From assembly GCA_022600955.1 (NCBI GenBank), contig JAHZJK010000024.1:122003-186002 (forward strand): 64,000 nt of DNA, given 5' to 3'. Positions 10,128 through 19,620 of the stretch are shown here, piece by piece. The notes below the pieces were generated by a model. That model ran no database searches. It was not told the origin of the DNA and worked only from the letters and a program-made list of their open reading frames with translations. Numbering within the stretch: position 1 is the stretch's first letter; the number at the start of each line of letters is the position of its first letter. Position numbers and translations under genes: made by a program. This DNA comes from Gammaproteobacteria bacterium (GTDB lineage: Bacteria; Pseudomonadota; Gammaproteobacteria; Steroidobacterales; Woeseiaceae).

Positions 10128-10778
10128 ATGCTTGAGCACTCTGAAACGGATACTCAGGCAGGTCATCACGCGTTGCGAAATCAGCCACGCAAATTCCCAG
10201 GCGTTAGCGACGACAAATCCGATGCGGAGTTGTTTGCGGCATTTCGTGACGAAGGTGACATGGTGGCATTCGAGACGCTGTTCACGCGTCACAAGAATGC
10301 GGTCTACCGGTATCTGTGGGCGTTATCCGGCAGCAACGCCATAACCGAGGATGTGTCGCAGTTCTGCTGGTTAAAACTCGTCGAAGATACGGGCGCCTAC
10401 CGTCCCCGACCCGGTGTTTCACTTCGAAGCTATTTGTACAAGATTGGCCGCAACCGCTACATCGACGAATACCAGCGAAAGCACGTTGAAAAGCTGTCAG
10501 ACAGCCTGACCGATCAGCCGACACTGGTCGCGTCCGGAGGCAGCGCTTATGAATCGGCGATGCAGGAGGAAACGCAAGACCTGATGCAACGAGCGATCGC
10601 CGAATTGCCTTTCGATCAGCGCGAAGTGCTCGCACTGTGGCTGCAGGGATTCAGCATCAAAGAAATGATGGACGAAGTCGACGCGCCCAGAGACACCGTC
10701 CTGAGTCGCAAGAAATACGCCTTAAAAAAACTACGCCATGCGCTACCAGCGCTCAGCCCGAGGGCTATCGATGGATAA
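10128..10778 (+). CDS. ECF-type RNA polymerase sigma factor (sigma-70 family)
   Basis: Region 2 (FETLFTRHKNAVYRYLWALSG...DVSQFCWLKL) and region 4 (ELPFDQREVLALWLQGFSIKEMMDEVDAPRDTVLSRKKYALKKLR). Start is uncertain (ATG 10128 or 10104; the track ORF starts at 10038). Confidence 0.85.
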   Translation: MLEHSETDTQAGHHALRNQPRKFPGVSDDKSDAELFAAFRDEGDMVAFETLFTRHKNAVYRYLWALSGSNAITEDVSQFCWLKLVEDTGAYRPRPGVSLRSYLYKIGRNRYIDEYQRKHVEKLSDSLTDQPTLVASGGSAYESAMQEETQDLMQRAIAELPFDQREVLALWLQGFSIKEMMDEVDAPRDTVLSRKKYALKKLRHALPALSPRAIDG

Positions 10779-11301
10779 TGACGACGACGACCTGCAACTT
10801 CGCGCCGAAGCGAAGCGACATGCACCGCGGCCATCCGCGGCGCACGATGAAGCCGTTCTGAGCGCTGCGAGAGCGAAGGCAAGGCACAAGAAGCCGCGCC
10901 GCCCACAACGGCGCTGGCTGATGGCAGGTGTCGGCCTCGCGGCGTCTGTATTCCTCGCCATCGGCCTGCTGCAAACACAATCGACGGTAGTGCCAGACGT
11001 TGATCGTTCCGGGGGAGGTGCGGATGCTGCAGCCTGGCCATCCGGGAACGTGGAGTTGTCGTCACAGCCAACCGAGTTTCGCTGGTCGGAACAAGGAGAC
11101 GACAGTCGCTACCGGCTTCGCCTGCACAATGACGCAGCTGAGTTACTGTGGGAAAGCGACTGGGTGTTGACGGCACAAGTTTCAGTTGACGAAGAAGTTG
11201 CGGCGCTGCTGAGTTCCGGTGAGCGCTATTTTTGGATTGTTAACGTTGAAGGAAGTATGTCAAACCCGTCCATGGGACCCTACTGGTTTCGAATCCAATG
11301 A
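10771..11301 (+). CDS. Single-pass membrane protein, candidate non-canonical anti-sigma factor
   Basis: ATG 10771 overlaps the sigma factor stop (ATGGATAA). About 50-aa charged N-terminus, one TM (LMAGVGLAASVFLAIGLL), about 105-aa C-terminal domain. No HxxxCxxC zinc anti-sigma motif. The call rests on position only. Confidence 0.55.
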   Translation: MDNDDDDLQLRAEAKRHAPRPSAAHDEAVLSAARAKARHKKPRRPQRRWLMAGVGLAASVFLAIGLLQTQSTVVPDVDRSGGGADAAAWPSGNVELSSQPTEFRWSEQGDDSRYRLRLHNDAAELLWESDWVLTAQVSVDEEVAALLSSGERYFWIVNVEGSMSNPSMGPYWFRIQ

Positions 11302-14300
11302 ACGCACGCACGAAAGCACACGCACTGTTCGCCTGGCTTACATGCCTTTTTCTTGGTTCGGTCAACGCCGCGGATGAGACCGCTCTCGAGCTTGAGGTGA
11401 CCAGTGCCGGCCAACATTTCATGGCCGAAAAAGCGGGAATCGAACAAGGCGACCGGCTCATCGCCTGGTCGCGGGTCGCGGATGACGCACCTGAGCCGCG
11501 GCTGAACTATTTCAACGGCCCGTTCGACATTTACGAACTAGAGCGCGAACAGCATTTGGTCGACCCGATCGTGCTGCATGGCACACGCGCCGGAGAACCC
11601 GTCACATTCTTGCCACGCGATGGCCGCTGGCGACTGGGCGTTGCGCCCGTCTGGTCCGACGACGCAATGGTGTCGGTCAATGCGTTCAAAGCCGCAATCG
11701 AAGACGGCAGTATTGACGACGGAATTGCCACAGCAACCGCATTGGCTAACCGGCTCGCGACAGACGGACGCGCGCTGGACAGTGCCTGGGTGCGCTATCA
11801 GACGGCGGCGCTACTGGGCCGCAAAGCAGAATGGACAGCATCGGTAGATATGTTTCGGCAAGCTATCGAGCAGCTGCCGATCGACGAACAAATGCAGCAA
11901 CGAAACAAAACGGCAAGAGCACTGCTGCTCTACTATCAGAGCGGCGCGCTACTGCAGCAGGATCGACTTGATGAGGCCAAGGCGAGTTACGAAGAGGCGC
12001 TGGCGCTGGAAGAATCGATTTCACCGGACCGCTTTGGTATCGCGGCGAATCTGACCGGCCTGTCAGATATTCCCAGAGTTCGCGGTGACCTGATCGCCGC
12101 CGCGCGCCTGCTCGAAAAGGCAATCCGGCAGTTGCAGCGCATAGCACCGGAGTCAATGATCGTCGCCGCAACCGTTAGCAAGCTCGGTTTCATTGCGGTC
12201 CAGTCAGGTAGCCTCGAAGAAGCAGAGAGCCATTTTCAACACTCGCTGCGAATCTACACCGAGAAAGATCCCAACGGAGTCGCCGCATCGAGCAATATCA
12301 ACAACCACGGCATCATTAGCTATATGCGTGGCGATCTTGCCATGGCTGCAGTGATGTTTGAACGTGCGAGACAAGCGAAACTGAGACTGGAGCCGGGTAG
12401 CAAGGGCCTGGCGACGGCGATACACAACGTCGGCTTGGTAAACGCCGAACGCGGCAACTACCGTGCAGCCGAATCCTACTATCTGGAGGCGCTTGATCTC
12501 CTCGAAGAACTGGTGCCGGGCAGCCTGGAAACAACACAGACACTGAACAACCTGGGTTCCGTCGCGCTGGACCAGGGGGATCTGGCGAAAGCGGAGCACT
12601 ACCACGGCCGCGCCTATGAGTTACGTCGTGAGTTGGTGCCGAACTCTCCGGACATTGTAGCGTCACTTACAAACCTTGGCAGCGTCGCGCGCTATCGCGG
12701 CGACTATGAAACAGCCAATGACCACTTGCTTGAGGCGCTGGCCATTCAGCAACGTATCGCCGTTGGCTCGAAGCAGCACGCAAGAATATTACAAGGTCTG
12801 GGAGCTGTTGCCGGCTCGCGCGATGACATTCCAGGGTCTACAGACTACTTTCGCCAGGCACTCGAGCTGTATAAGGAGATTGCGGCAAGCGGACCCGGTG
12901 TGGCGGAATCGCATGCTCGATTAGGATTCAACAACTTGAAGCGCAAAGATTTCGTCGCCGCCGCTTCCGAACTCAACCAGGCTGCAGAAATACTCTCGCA
13001 AATTGCCCCGGCTACCCACCGCGAGGCGCGCGTTTTGCACGGCCTGGCGCAGGTGTCACGACATCAAGGCGACATGAAAGCTGCAGAGGATATTTTCGAG
13101 AAGGCACTGCGTGCGTTGGATTCGCAGCATGCTCGACTGGGTGGCACACAGGAATCCAAAGCCGAATCGCGCGCCAGGCATCGCAGTATCTACCAGGACT
13201 ATATCGACTTTCTGCTCGAGATCGGTGATGAGGAACGTGCTTTCGAGATCCTGGAACGCTCCCGTTCAAAAGTGCTGTCGGATCTTCTCGTCGAACGCGA
13301 CCTCGTTTTCAACAATGACCTTCCGGCGGAGCTCGAGCGGGAGCGCCGCATGCTTGCCGTCGCCTATGAAAAGACACAGGCTAATCTCCTGAACGCCAGT
13401 GGCGCCGAAAAGATCGCTGCGCTGCGAACTGAACTTGAGGAGGGTCGTCGAAAACAAGATGACGTCCGCCGGCGAGCACGGGAGCACTCTGCGGCATTCG
13501 TGGACTTGCAGGAAAACCGCCCGCTCTCGTTACAAGAGATTCGCGCAACGCTGGCGCCGGGCACCGTTGTGCTCTCGTATAATGTTGGCGAGACGGACAC
13601 TCGGATTTTCGCGCTATCACCGTCCGGCGAGTTAGGTGTAAAAAACCTCAATTTGGGCCGCGATGAAATCGGCAGCAAGGTGCAACGGTTTCGATATCTG
13701 ATTGATGCAGGACGCTGGGACGAAACACCCGCGACACCGCTCAACGAGCTTGCCGAAGAGCTGTACGCAGATTTGATGGCACCGTTCGATGAGTTCGCAG
13801 CCGCCGCGACACGGATCCTGATCGTGCCCGACGGCGCGCTCAATCTGTTGCCATTTGCGGCCCTGCGCCGAGAGGCCGCTTCTGGCGACACCCAGTACGT
13901 CGTCGAGTGGAAACCGCTGTTCGTGACAAACTCGCTGAGCGTGCAGGCGCAGCTTCGGGCGAACGGCAAGATCGCGCAGTCAAAGACTCTGGTTGCGTTT
14001 GGTGGGGCCGACTACACCAACGCGCGTGCACGACCGACGAGTTCCGCGACCGTCCGTGGTGGCGCCGAGAGCACCGAGCCGCTACCGGATTTGCCCTGGA
14101 GCGCCGCAGAGGTTAACAATATCCCGTTTGCCGAGCGAGATCGTGCAACGATCTTCCTCGGTCAGGAGGCCACCGAAGAAAACGCAAAAAGTCTGCCAAG
14201 GAGTACAAGCTACCTGCATTTCGCTGCACATACCGTAATCGATGAGCGCAGCCCTCTCGATACGGCCATCGTGCTAACGGTCCCGGACACCGAGAGCCAA

Positions 14301-14723
14301 ACCGAGAACGCCGAAAACGGCTACCTTCAGGCATGGGAAATTTACGAGAGCGTAAGAACGGACGCAGAGTTGGTGACGTTGTCCGGCTGCGAAACGGCGC
14401 TTGGATCGGCGTACCCTGGCGAAGGACTTATGGGGCTGACACGCGCTTTTCAGTACGCTGGCGCCTCGTCCGTCGTCGCGTCACTCTGGAACGTCAACGA
14501 CCGATCATCCAGTCGACTGATGACAGAATTCTATGGCTATCTGGAAGCGGGTGAGTCCAAGGAGGCTGCCCTGCAACTTGCACAGTTGGCCATGGTTAAC
14601 AGCGGCAACGAAAAAGGCTGGTGGCAAGGCCTCCTGGACCGGCTCTTCGAAAGCGATAGCAAACCCGCAGACGCACACCCCTACCACTGGGCGGCGTTTG
14701 TCCTCAATGGCCGCGGCGGCTAG
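11298..14723 (+). CDS. Secreted TPR-repeat / CHAT-domain (caspase-like) protease
   Basis: ATGA overlap with the upstream gene. Signal peptide (ALFAWLTCLFLGSVNA/AD). Long TPR array (repeated ...A..Y..AL.I... units). C-terminal CHAT with His978 (YLHFAAHTVID, codon 14229-14231) and Cys1031 (LSGCETALG, codon 14388-14390). Confidence 0.9.
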   Translation: MNARTKAHALFAWLTCLFLGSVNAADETALELEVTSAGQHFMAEKAGIEQGDRLIAWSRVADDAPEPRLNYFNGPFDIYELEREQHLVDPIVLHGTRAGEPVTFLPRDGRWRLGVAPVWSDDAMVSVNAFKAAIEDGSIDDGIATATALANRLATDGRALDSAWVRYQTAALLGRKAEWTASVDMFRQAIEQLPIDEQMQQRNKTARALLLYYQSGALLQQDRLDEAKASYEEALALEESISPDRFGIAANLTGLSDIPRVRGDLIAAARLLEKAIRQLQRIAPESMIVAATVSKLGFIAVQSGSLEEAESHFQHSLRIYTEKDPNGVAASSNINNHGIISYMRGDLAMAAVMFERARQAKLRLEPGSKGLATAIHNVGLVNAERGNYRAAESYYLEALDLLEELVPGSLETTQTLNNLGSVALDQGDLAKAEHYHGRAYELRRELVPNSPDIVASLTNLGSVARYRGDYETANDHLLEALAIQQRIAVGSKQHARILQGLGAVAGSRDDIPGSTDYFRQALELYKEIAASGPGVAESHARLGFNNLKRKDFVAAASELNQAAEILSQIAPATHREARVLHGLAQVSRHQGDMKAAEDIFEKALRALDSQHARLGGTQESKAESRARHRSIYQDYIDFLLEIGDEERAFEILERSRSKVLSDLLVERDLVFNNDLPAELERERRMLAVAYEKTQANLLNASGAEKIAALRTELEEGRRKQDDVRRRAREHSAAFVDLQENRPLSLQEIRATLAPGTVVLSYNVGETDTRIFALSPSGELGVKNLNLGRDEIGSKVQRFRYLIDAGRWDETPATPLNELAEELYADLMAPFDEFAAAATRILIVPDGALNLLPFAALRREAASGDTQYVVEWKPLFVTNSLSVQAQLRANGKIAQSKTLVAFGGADYTNARARPTSSATVRGGAESTEPLPDLPWSAAEVNNIPFAERDRATIFLGQEATEENAKSLPRSTSYLHFAAHTVIDERSPLDTAIVLTVPDTESQTENAENGYLQAWEIYESVRTDAELVTLSGCETALGSAYPGEGLMGLTRAFQYAGASSVVASLWNVNDRSSSRLMTEFYGYLEAGESKEAALQLAQLAMVNSGNEKGWWQGLLDRLFESDSKPADAHPYHWAAFVLNGRGG

Positions 14724-14759
14724 AACGGCCGCGGCCCCTCAAGTCCGACCGACCGCCCG

Positions 14760-15779
14760 TTACTTGGTCGGGTACTTGCTAGTACAGTTATCAAAGTAAG
14801 CGCCGTAAACCGCACCCTTGTTCGTAAAAATTGTACATGACAGGCTGAACTTACCCTTGTTCGCGTCAATCACGCCGGACGGCGCGTTGTAAATCCCGCC
14901 GTCGATCGTTCTCAGCAGTGATTGTGCCTGCCCCAAGCTGATCAGGCCGTAGTTGTCGATGCGTGCATTGTCGCTGGTGAATTCGCCATTGATCGTCACG
15001 TTGCGCATCGTATCTACAAAGAATCGGCCGCCCGCTTCATTGTAAAACTGGCCGCCGGCATCAATGGTGATTTGGCCGGCGTACAGGCTGACGCGACCTC
15101 GGTTGGTGACAAGACCACCAGCTTCGAGTCGCAGCGGGCCTCTGACGAAAATGTCCGCATGCTTGTCGTTTTCGAAATAGCCCTCATGAAGGTCGTTGTT
15201 CGCTGTAAAACTTGCGCCATAGTAATTAACGAACTGCGCTCCGGCAAAGCTCACGAAGCGACCGTCGTATTGATTGACAAACACACCGTTGTTATCGACG
15301 TGGCCGTCGTTAGTGTTGCTGAACAACCCTGAATTGAAAACGCCTCTCTCAAGACCGGGCTGCCATCCGTTACCCAGCAAGCCATCATTCACATACTCAC
15401 CGTAATTTCGTATCGCACCCGCCCAGAGTTTTACTTTGGCCCCGCTGGAAATCTGGACCTCGTTGTAATTCTCCAGGTAGGCATGACGAAACTCCAGCAG
15501 GGCGCCATTCGACACAGCCAGACGGCCATTGACCCGCAGCGTTGCGTAGTTTTCGATGTTTAATGACACGGCCGAAACCAGTTCCAATATGTCGCCGGCC
15601 GGCACGGTATAGCTCCACTTAAGATCGCAATGCCCAACGCGGGGCGGCTGGGTAATCTGGGTCCAGCTACCGCCCATTCCAAGGCAAGCAGACTCCTTGT
15701 CCAGCGTTACGGCGAAAGATGGCAACGACAGTAAACACAGAAACAAGGCCGCTACGCCGGCAGTAATAATCTTCCTCAT
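14760..15779 (-). CDS. Secreted repeat protein, probable beta-helix
   Basis: Signal peptide from MRKIITAGVAALFLCLLSLPSFA (start 15779; the track ORF starts at 15821). Degenerate N/G/Y-rich repeats (NYGEYVNDG, NNGVFVNQYDG, FVNYYGASF). Confidence 0.6.
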   Translation of the reverse strand: MRKIITAGVAALFLCLLSLPSFAVTLDKESACLGMGGSWTQITQPPRVGHCDLKWSYTVPAGDILELVSAVSLNIENYATLRVNGRLAVSNGALLEFRHAYLENYNEVQISSGAKVKLWAGAIRNYGEYVNDGLLGNGWQPGLERGVFNSGLFSNTNDGHVDNNGVFVNQYDGRFVSFAGAQFVNYYGASFTANNDLHEGYFENDKHADIFVRGPLRLEAGGLVTNRGRVSLYAGQITIDAGGQFYNEAGGRFFVDTMRNVTINGEFTSDNARIDNYGLISLGQAQSLLRTIDGGIYNAPSGVIDANKGKFSLSCTIFTNKGAVYGAYFDNCTSKYPTK

Positions 15780-15885
15780 GAGTTTCTCCACAAATGATCC
15801 CGCCTGAACAACGACTGGCAAGGCATAAATGGCTTACCAGGCTTCGCGATTCCGGGGAAACTCTATTGTGGACGTACAACGCCCT

Positions 15886-17595
15886 CTACACGTCAGCGTC
15901 GTGCATTCGCTTCGATATGAGGGTCGACGGCGGATCCGCAGCATCATTAGCCGCCACCATCTCCGGCTTCACCTCGGCCGGCACAAAGCAGTGCGTCTGC
16001 GCCATCGGCCAATATGCCGTAAATACCGGCAGATCTACGTCACCATTTACAAGCGCACCCGGTTCAACAAACGTCAGCAGATTCGCCAGCAGCTTCGTGC
16101 TGCCTTGCGAGTGTCGCCGCACGATGTGTGATGCGGTCAGTTCCCTGGGGTGACCAAGTCCTGCTGCTTCAACCAGTTCCTGCAACGCGAAGAGCGTTTG
16201 CTGATGAAATTGGTACACGCGCTCGCCCTTATCCGGTACCACTAACGCGCGCTGTCGCGCCTTGTCCTGCGTCGCGACGCCGGTCGGGCAATGACCCGTA
16301 TGACAGCTCTGCGCCTGGATGCAGCCGAGGGCAAACATGAATCCTCGTGCGGCATTGCACCAGTCAGCGCCGATCGCGATCATGCGTGCAATATCGAATG
16401 CGCTCACGACTTTTCCTGCGCATCCAATCTTCACCTTGTCACGAAGGTTCAAGCCAACCAGAGTGTTGTGAACGAGCAGCAGCCCCTCCTGGACGGGTGC
16501 CCCGACATGGTCGCTGAATTCCAGCGGCGCGGCACCGGTACCACCCTCGGCACCATCCACGACGATGAAGTCGGGTGTTATGCCTGTCTCAATCATCGCC
16601 TTGGCAATGGCGAACCACTCCCAGGGATGCCCGATACATAGCTTGAATCCGGTCGGCTTGCCGCCGGACAGATCGCGTAACTGCTGTATGAACTCGAGGA
16701 GGCCTATCGGCGTGTTGAAGGCGCTGTGACTTGCCGGCGAAAGGCAATCTTCGCCCATTGGAACGCCACGCGCTTCAGCGATCTCCGCTGTGACTTTTTC
16801 CCCGGGCAGCACGCCTCCATGTCCGGGTTTGGCGCCCTGGCTCAGCTTCACTTCAATCATCTTGACGGCATCAAGTGCCGCCACGTCGGCGAAGCGGTCA
16901 GGGTCGAACTCACCGTCATCGTTGCGACAGCCGAAGTACCCCGAACCGATTTCATAGATAATGTCACCGCCGTGTTGCAGGTGATGGTGACTGATGCCGC
17001 CTTCACCCGCATCATGCGCAAAGTTGCCGCGTTTGGCTCCGATATTCAGCGCCTGGATCGCGTTCGCACTCAGCGCACCGAAGCTCATTGCAGATATATT
17101 AAAAACGCTCGCGCTGTACGGATTGGCCCGATCTGCGCCGATAACAACACGAAAATCGTGCGAGTCCAGTTGCGTCGGCGTCATCGAGTGATTGATCCAC
17201 TCGTAACCGATTCTGCTCAGGTCTTGCTGCGTGCCGAAAGGACGTTTGTCCGGTTCTCCCTTGGCGCGCTGGTAGACGAGCGAGCGTTGTTGACGGGAGA
17301 ATGGTGCGGCCTCGGTATCGCTTTCAAGAAAGTACTGGCGAATCTCCGGCCTGAAAGCCTCGAGCATGAAGCGCATATGGCCGATGATGGGATAGTTTCG
17401 TAGTACGGAACGCGGCGCCTGTTGTACGTCTCTCAGCCCAACGAGCGTGAGCAGCACAAACACCATTGCAACCGATCCGCCACTGTCGAAGGTGTACCAC
17501 CAGAGTCCTGCCGCCGCTGCCGCAAATGCGCAGAAAAGCCAGACTCCGTAGCGAAAAGGAACGTAGTGATCGAGCTTACCCAACCATCGAAACAT
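15886..17595 (-). CDS. FMN-binding glutamate synthase family protein (GltB domain-2-like), membrane-anchored
   Basis: Motifs KLSQGAKPGHGGVLPG and VVDGAEGGTGAAP. N-terminal hydrophobic helices. Start MFRWLGK at 17595 avoids overlap with the upstream regulator (track start 17739). Confidence 0.9.
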   Translation of the reverse strand: MFRWLGKLDHYVPFRYGVWLFCAFAAAAAGLWWYTFDSGGSVAMVFVLLTLVGLRDVQQAPRSVLRNYPIIGHMRFMLEAFRPEIRQYFLESDTEAAPFSRQQRSLVYQRAKGEPDKRPFGTQQDLSRIGYEWINHSMTPTQLDSHDFRVVIGADRANPYSASVFNISAMSFGALSANAIQALNIGAKRGNFAHDAGEGGISHHHLQHGGDIIYEIGSGYFGCRNDDGEFDPDRFADVAALDAVKMIEVKLSQGAKPGHGGVLPGEKVTAEIAEARGVPMGEDCLSPASHSAFNTPIGLLEFIQQLRDLSGGKPTGFKLCIGHPWEWFAIAKAMIETGITPDFIVVDGAEGGTGAAPLEFSDHVGAPVQEGLLLVHNTLVGLNLRDKVKIGCAGKVVSAFDIARMIAIGADWCNAARGFMFALGCIQAQSCHTGHCPTGVATQDKARQRALVVPDKGERVYQFHQQTLFALQELVEAAGLGHPRELTASHIVRRHSQGSTKLLANLLTFVEPGALVNGDVDLPVFTAYWPMAQTHCFVPAEVKPEMVAANDAADPPSTLISKRMHDADV

Positions 17596-17695
17596 TGCAG
17601 CACTCCAAACCGCGGCCGTGGAATAACGACCGTTCTCACCAGGGAATCGGCCGATCTCACAGAAAGTTGAGTGTGCAGCGGCACTTGTTCGGTCT

Positions 17696-19078
17696 TCAGG
17701 ATTCCATTCGATCTCTTTCTTCAACCTGGCCGCCAGCACGGAACAGCGACGGCTCCAGCGCGTGTTTCTTCAGGAGTTTGTAGAACTTCGACCGGTTGCG
17801 ATCCGCCAGGCGAGCGGCTTGGGAGACATTGCCATGAGTCATCTGCAGCAAGTTACTCAAGTACTCAAGTTCGAATCGATCCCTGGCGGTTGCGAACGGG
17901 ACGAACTCGTTGGGTCGACCGCGTAGTGCTCTGTCGACCAGGCTCCGGGAAACCAACCGTGTTCGCGACATCACTTTGCACTGCTGCACGACATTCGCCA
18001 GTTGACGCACATTGCCAGGCCAGGGTGCGGTCATCAGGCGTTCCATGGCGGAGTTCGAATAACCGCTGGCGACCCCCTCAGAATCGAACTGCACAAGAAA
18101 GTGGTTTGCGAGCAAAGGTATGTCTTCGCGCCTCTTCGAGAGTGGCGGTAGCTCCAAAGTAATTACGCTCAAGCGATAAAACAGATCATCTCGAAATTCG
18201 CCGCTCGCAACCGACTGCTCGAGGTCACGATGTGTCGCAGTGATTACTCGCACATCGATCGCAACCGGTTCGTCGGCGCCAACCGGTCGTACCGTTTTTT
18301 CCTGCAACGCACGCAGCAACTTTGCCTGAAAGCTCAATGGCATGTCACCGACTTCATCCAGGAACAACGTTCCCTTGTTCGCTTGCTGAAACAGACCGCT
18401 CCGATCGTGACTGGCTCCGGTGAAAGCGCCTTTGACATGGCCGAACATCTCGCTTTCGAACAGCGCCTCAGGAATCGCCGTGCAGTTGACCGCGACAAAC
18501 GATTCGTCTGCTCGGCTGCTCGCTGCATGTATTGCTTGTGCCAGCAACTCCTTACCGGTTCCGCTATCGCTCTGTACGATGATGCTGGCGTCACTCGCTG
18601 CCGCGAGTTCTGCTTCTCGCAACAGGGCTTCCATCGAGGCGCTTCTGGTGACGATCTTCGAACGCCACTCTCGAGACTGTACCTGCGGCACGCCCGCGGC
18701 ATCTTTGCTGCTGAACGTCACCGCGTCCTGGATGCAGGCGAGTAACTCGTGGTCGTCCAGTGGCTTTGTCAGGAACGCGAACGCACCGCGTTTCGTAGCG
18801 GCTATCGCGTCCGGTATGGTGCCATGGGCAGTAAGTACGACAACCGGCAAAACAGGGTAACGATCCTTTACTTCGGCAAGCAGGCCTAATCCGTCCATGT
18901 TCGCCATTTTCAGGTCGGTCAGTACGACATGCGGCTGCAGACGCTCGAGCGTTGCCAACGCAGCCTTCGCGCTGTCAGCTGTCTCGACAGCGTAGCCTGC
19001 GCGGTGCAGGCGAATCGTCAACAATTGCAGCAAATCCGCTTCATCATCGACCACAAGCACCTTTATTTGACGGCTCAC
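17696..19078 (-). CDS. Sigma-54-dependent response regulator (NtrC/GlrR-QseF-like)
   Basis: REC domain (KVLVVDDEADLL, TDLKMANMDG). AAA+ domain with Walker A GTGKELLAQAIH, GAFTGA loop and LFLDEVGDM. C-terminal Fis-type HTH. Confidence 0.95.
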   Translation of the reverse strand: MSRQIKVLVVDDEADLLQLLTIRLHRAGYAVETADSAKAALATLERLQPHVVLTDLKMANMDGLGLLAEVKDRYPVLPVVVLTAHGTIPDAIAATKRGAFAFLTKPLDDHELLACIQDAVTFSSKDAAGVPQVQSREWRSKIVTRSASMEALLREAELAAASDASIIVQSDSGTGKELLAQAIHAASSRADESFVAVNCTAIPEALFESEMFGHVKGAFTGASHDRSGLFQQANKGTLFLDEVGDMPLSFQAKLLRALQEKTVRPVGADEPVAIDVRVITATHRDLEQSVASGEFRDDLFYRLSVITLELPPLSKRREDIPLLANHFLVQFDSEGVASGYSNSAMERLMTAPWPGNVRQLANVVQQCKVMSRTRLVSRSLVDRALRGRPNEFVPFATARDRFELEYLSNLLQMTHGNVSQAARLADRNRSKFYKLLKKHALEPSLFRAGGQVEERDRMES

Positions 19079-19620
19079 TGGTCAAGGTCCTCCAACTCCT
19101 GCTGGTTGTCAGAGAGATCGGCTTCGATGGCCTTTAGTGCCTCGAGCTGCGATTCCAGGTGCGATGTTTGAGTTTGCAGCTCGGCGATCTCCTCGACCAT
19201 CGCGAACTCCCGAAGCAGCAGATCACGAACGGGGGCATAGGCGCCGCCGGCATCGATCTCCGCAAGGAGCTCCCGACTCCTATCCATGTCGTGTACCAGC
19301 ACCTGCGGCCTGCTTAGCAGGTACGCCAGCGCCAATCGACTGCCGTCAGTTGGGTGTTCGCGATGTTGCACCAGCAGTCGGTCTCTCTCGCCCGCAAGCT
19401 CAAGGCCAAACAGTGTCTCGATACGGATCAACTGCCGCATCCACTGCTGCAGTTCGATTGCGTCCGGTGCAGGAGCAGGTTCTGTTTCCGCTACGGTAAC
19501 CGTGCCTGGCGACACCTTGATTACAGCCGGCTCGCTGGCCTCTGCTACCACGGTCTCAGGCACCGTCGTACAAGCGGCATTCAGGCAGAGGAGCGCTGCG
19601 AAGATGCTAGGCTTGCGCAT
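19075..19620 (-). CDS. Coiled-coil lipoprotein encoded between kinase and regulator (QseG-like position)
   Basis: Signal plus Cys (IFAALLCLNAAC). Its start overlaps the kinase stop by 14 nt and its stop overlaps the regulator start by 4 nt. Confidence 0.6.
   Translation of the reverse strand: MRKPSIFAALLCLNAACTTVPETVVAEASEPAVIKVSPGTVTVAETEPAPAPDAIELQQWMRQLIRIETLFGLELAGERDRLLVQHREHPTDGSRLALAYLLSRPQVLVHDMDRSRELLAEIDAGGAYAPVRDLLLREFAMVEEIAELQTQTSHLESQLEALKAIEADLSDNQQELEDLDQ

Noticed and set aside
13364-13969. 201-aa minus-strand ORF inside the TPR-CHAT gene. The same applies to 10616..11176, 35495..36076, 40375..40743 and 44449..45018.
   Set aside because: These are antisense or overlapping frames of strongly supported genes. 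Their Ser/Ala/Arg-rich composition and lack of motifs or plausible RBS argue against them.
14727-14736. GGCCGCGGCC palindrome between the convergent CHAT and beta-helix genes as a terminator.
   Set aside because: A 10-nt self-complementary stretch leaves no loop and has no T-tract. It is likely coincidental in GC-rich DNA.
16726-17403. 225-aa plus-strand ORF.
   Set aside because: Antisense to the well-supported FMN-glutamate-synthase-family gene, with no recognisable motifs.
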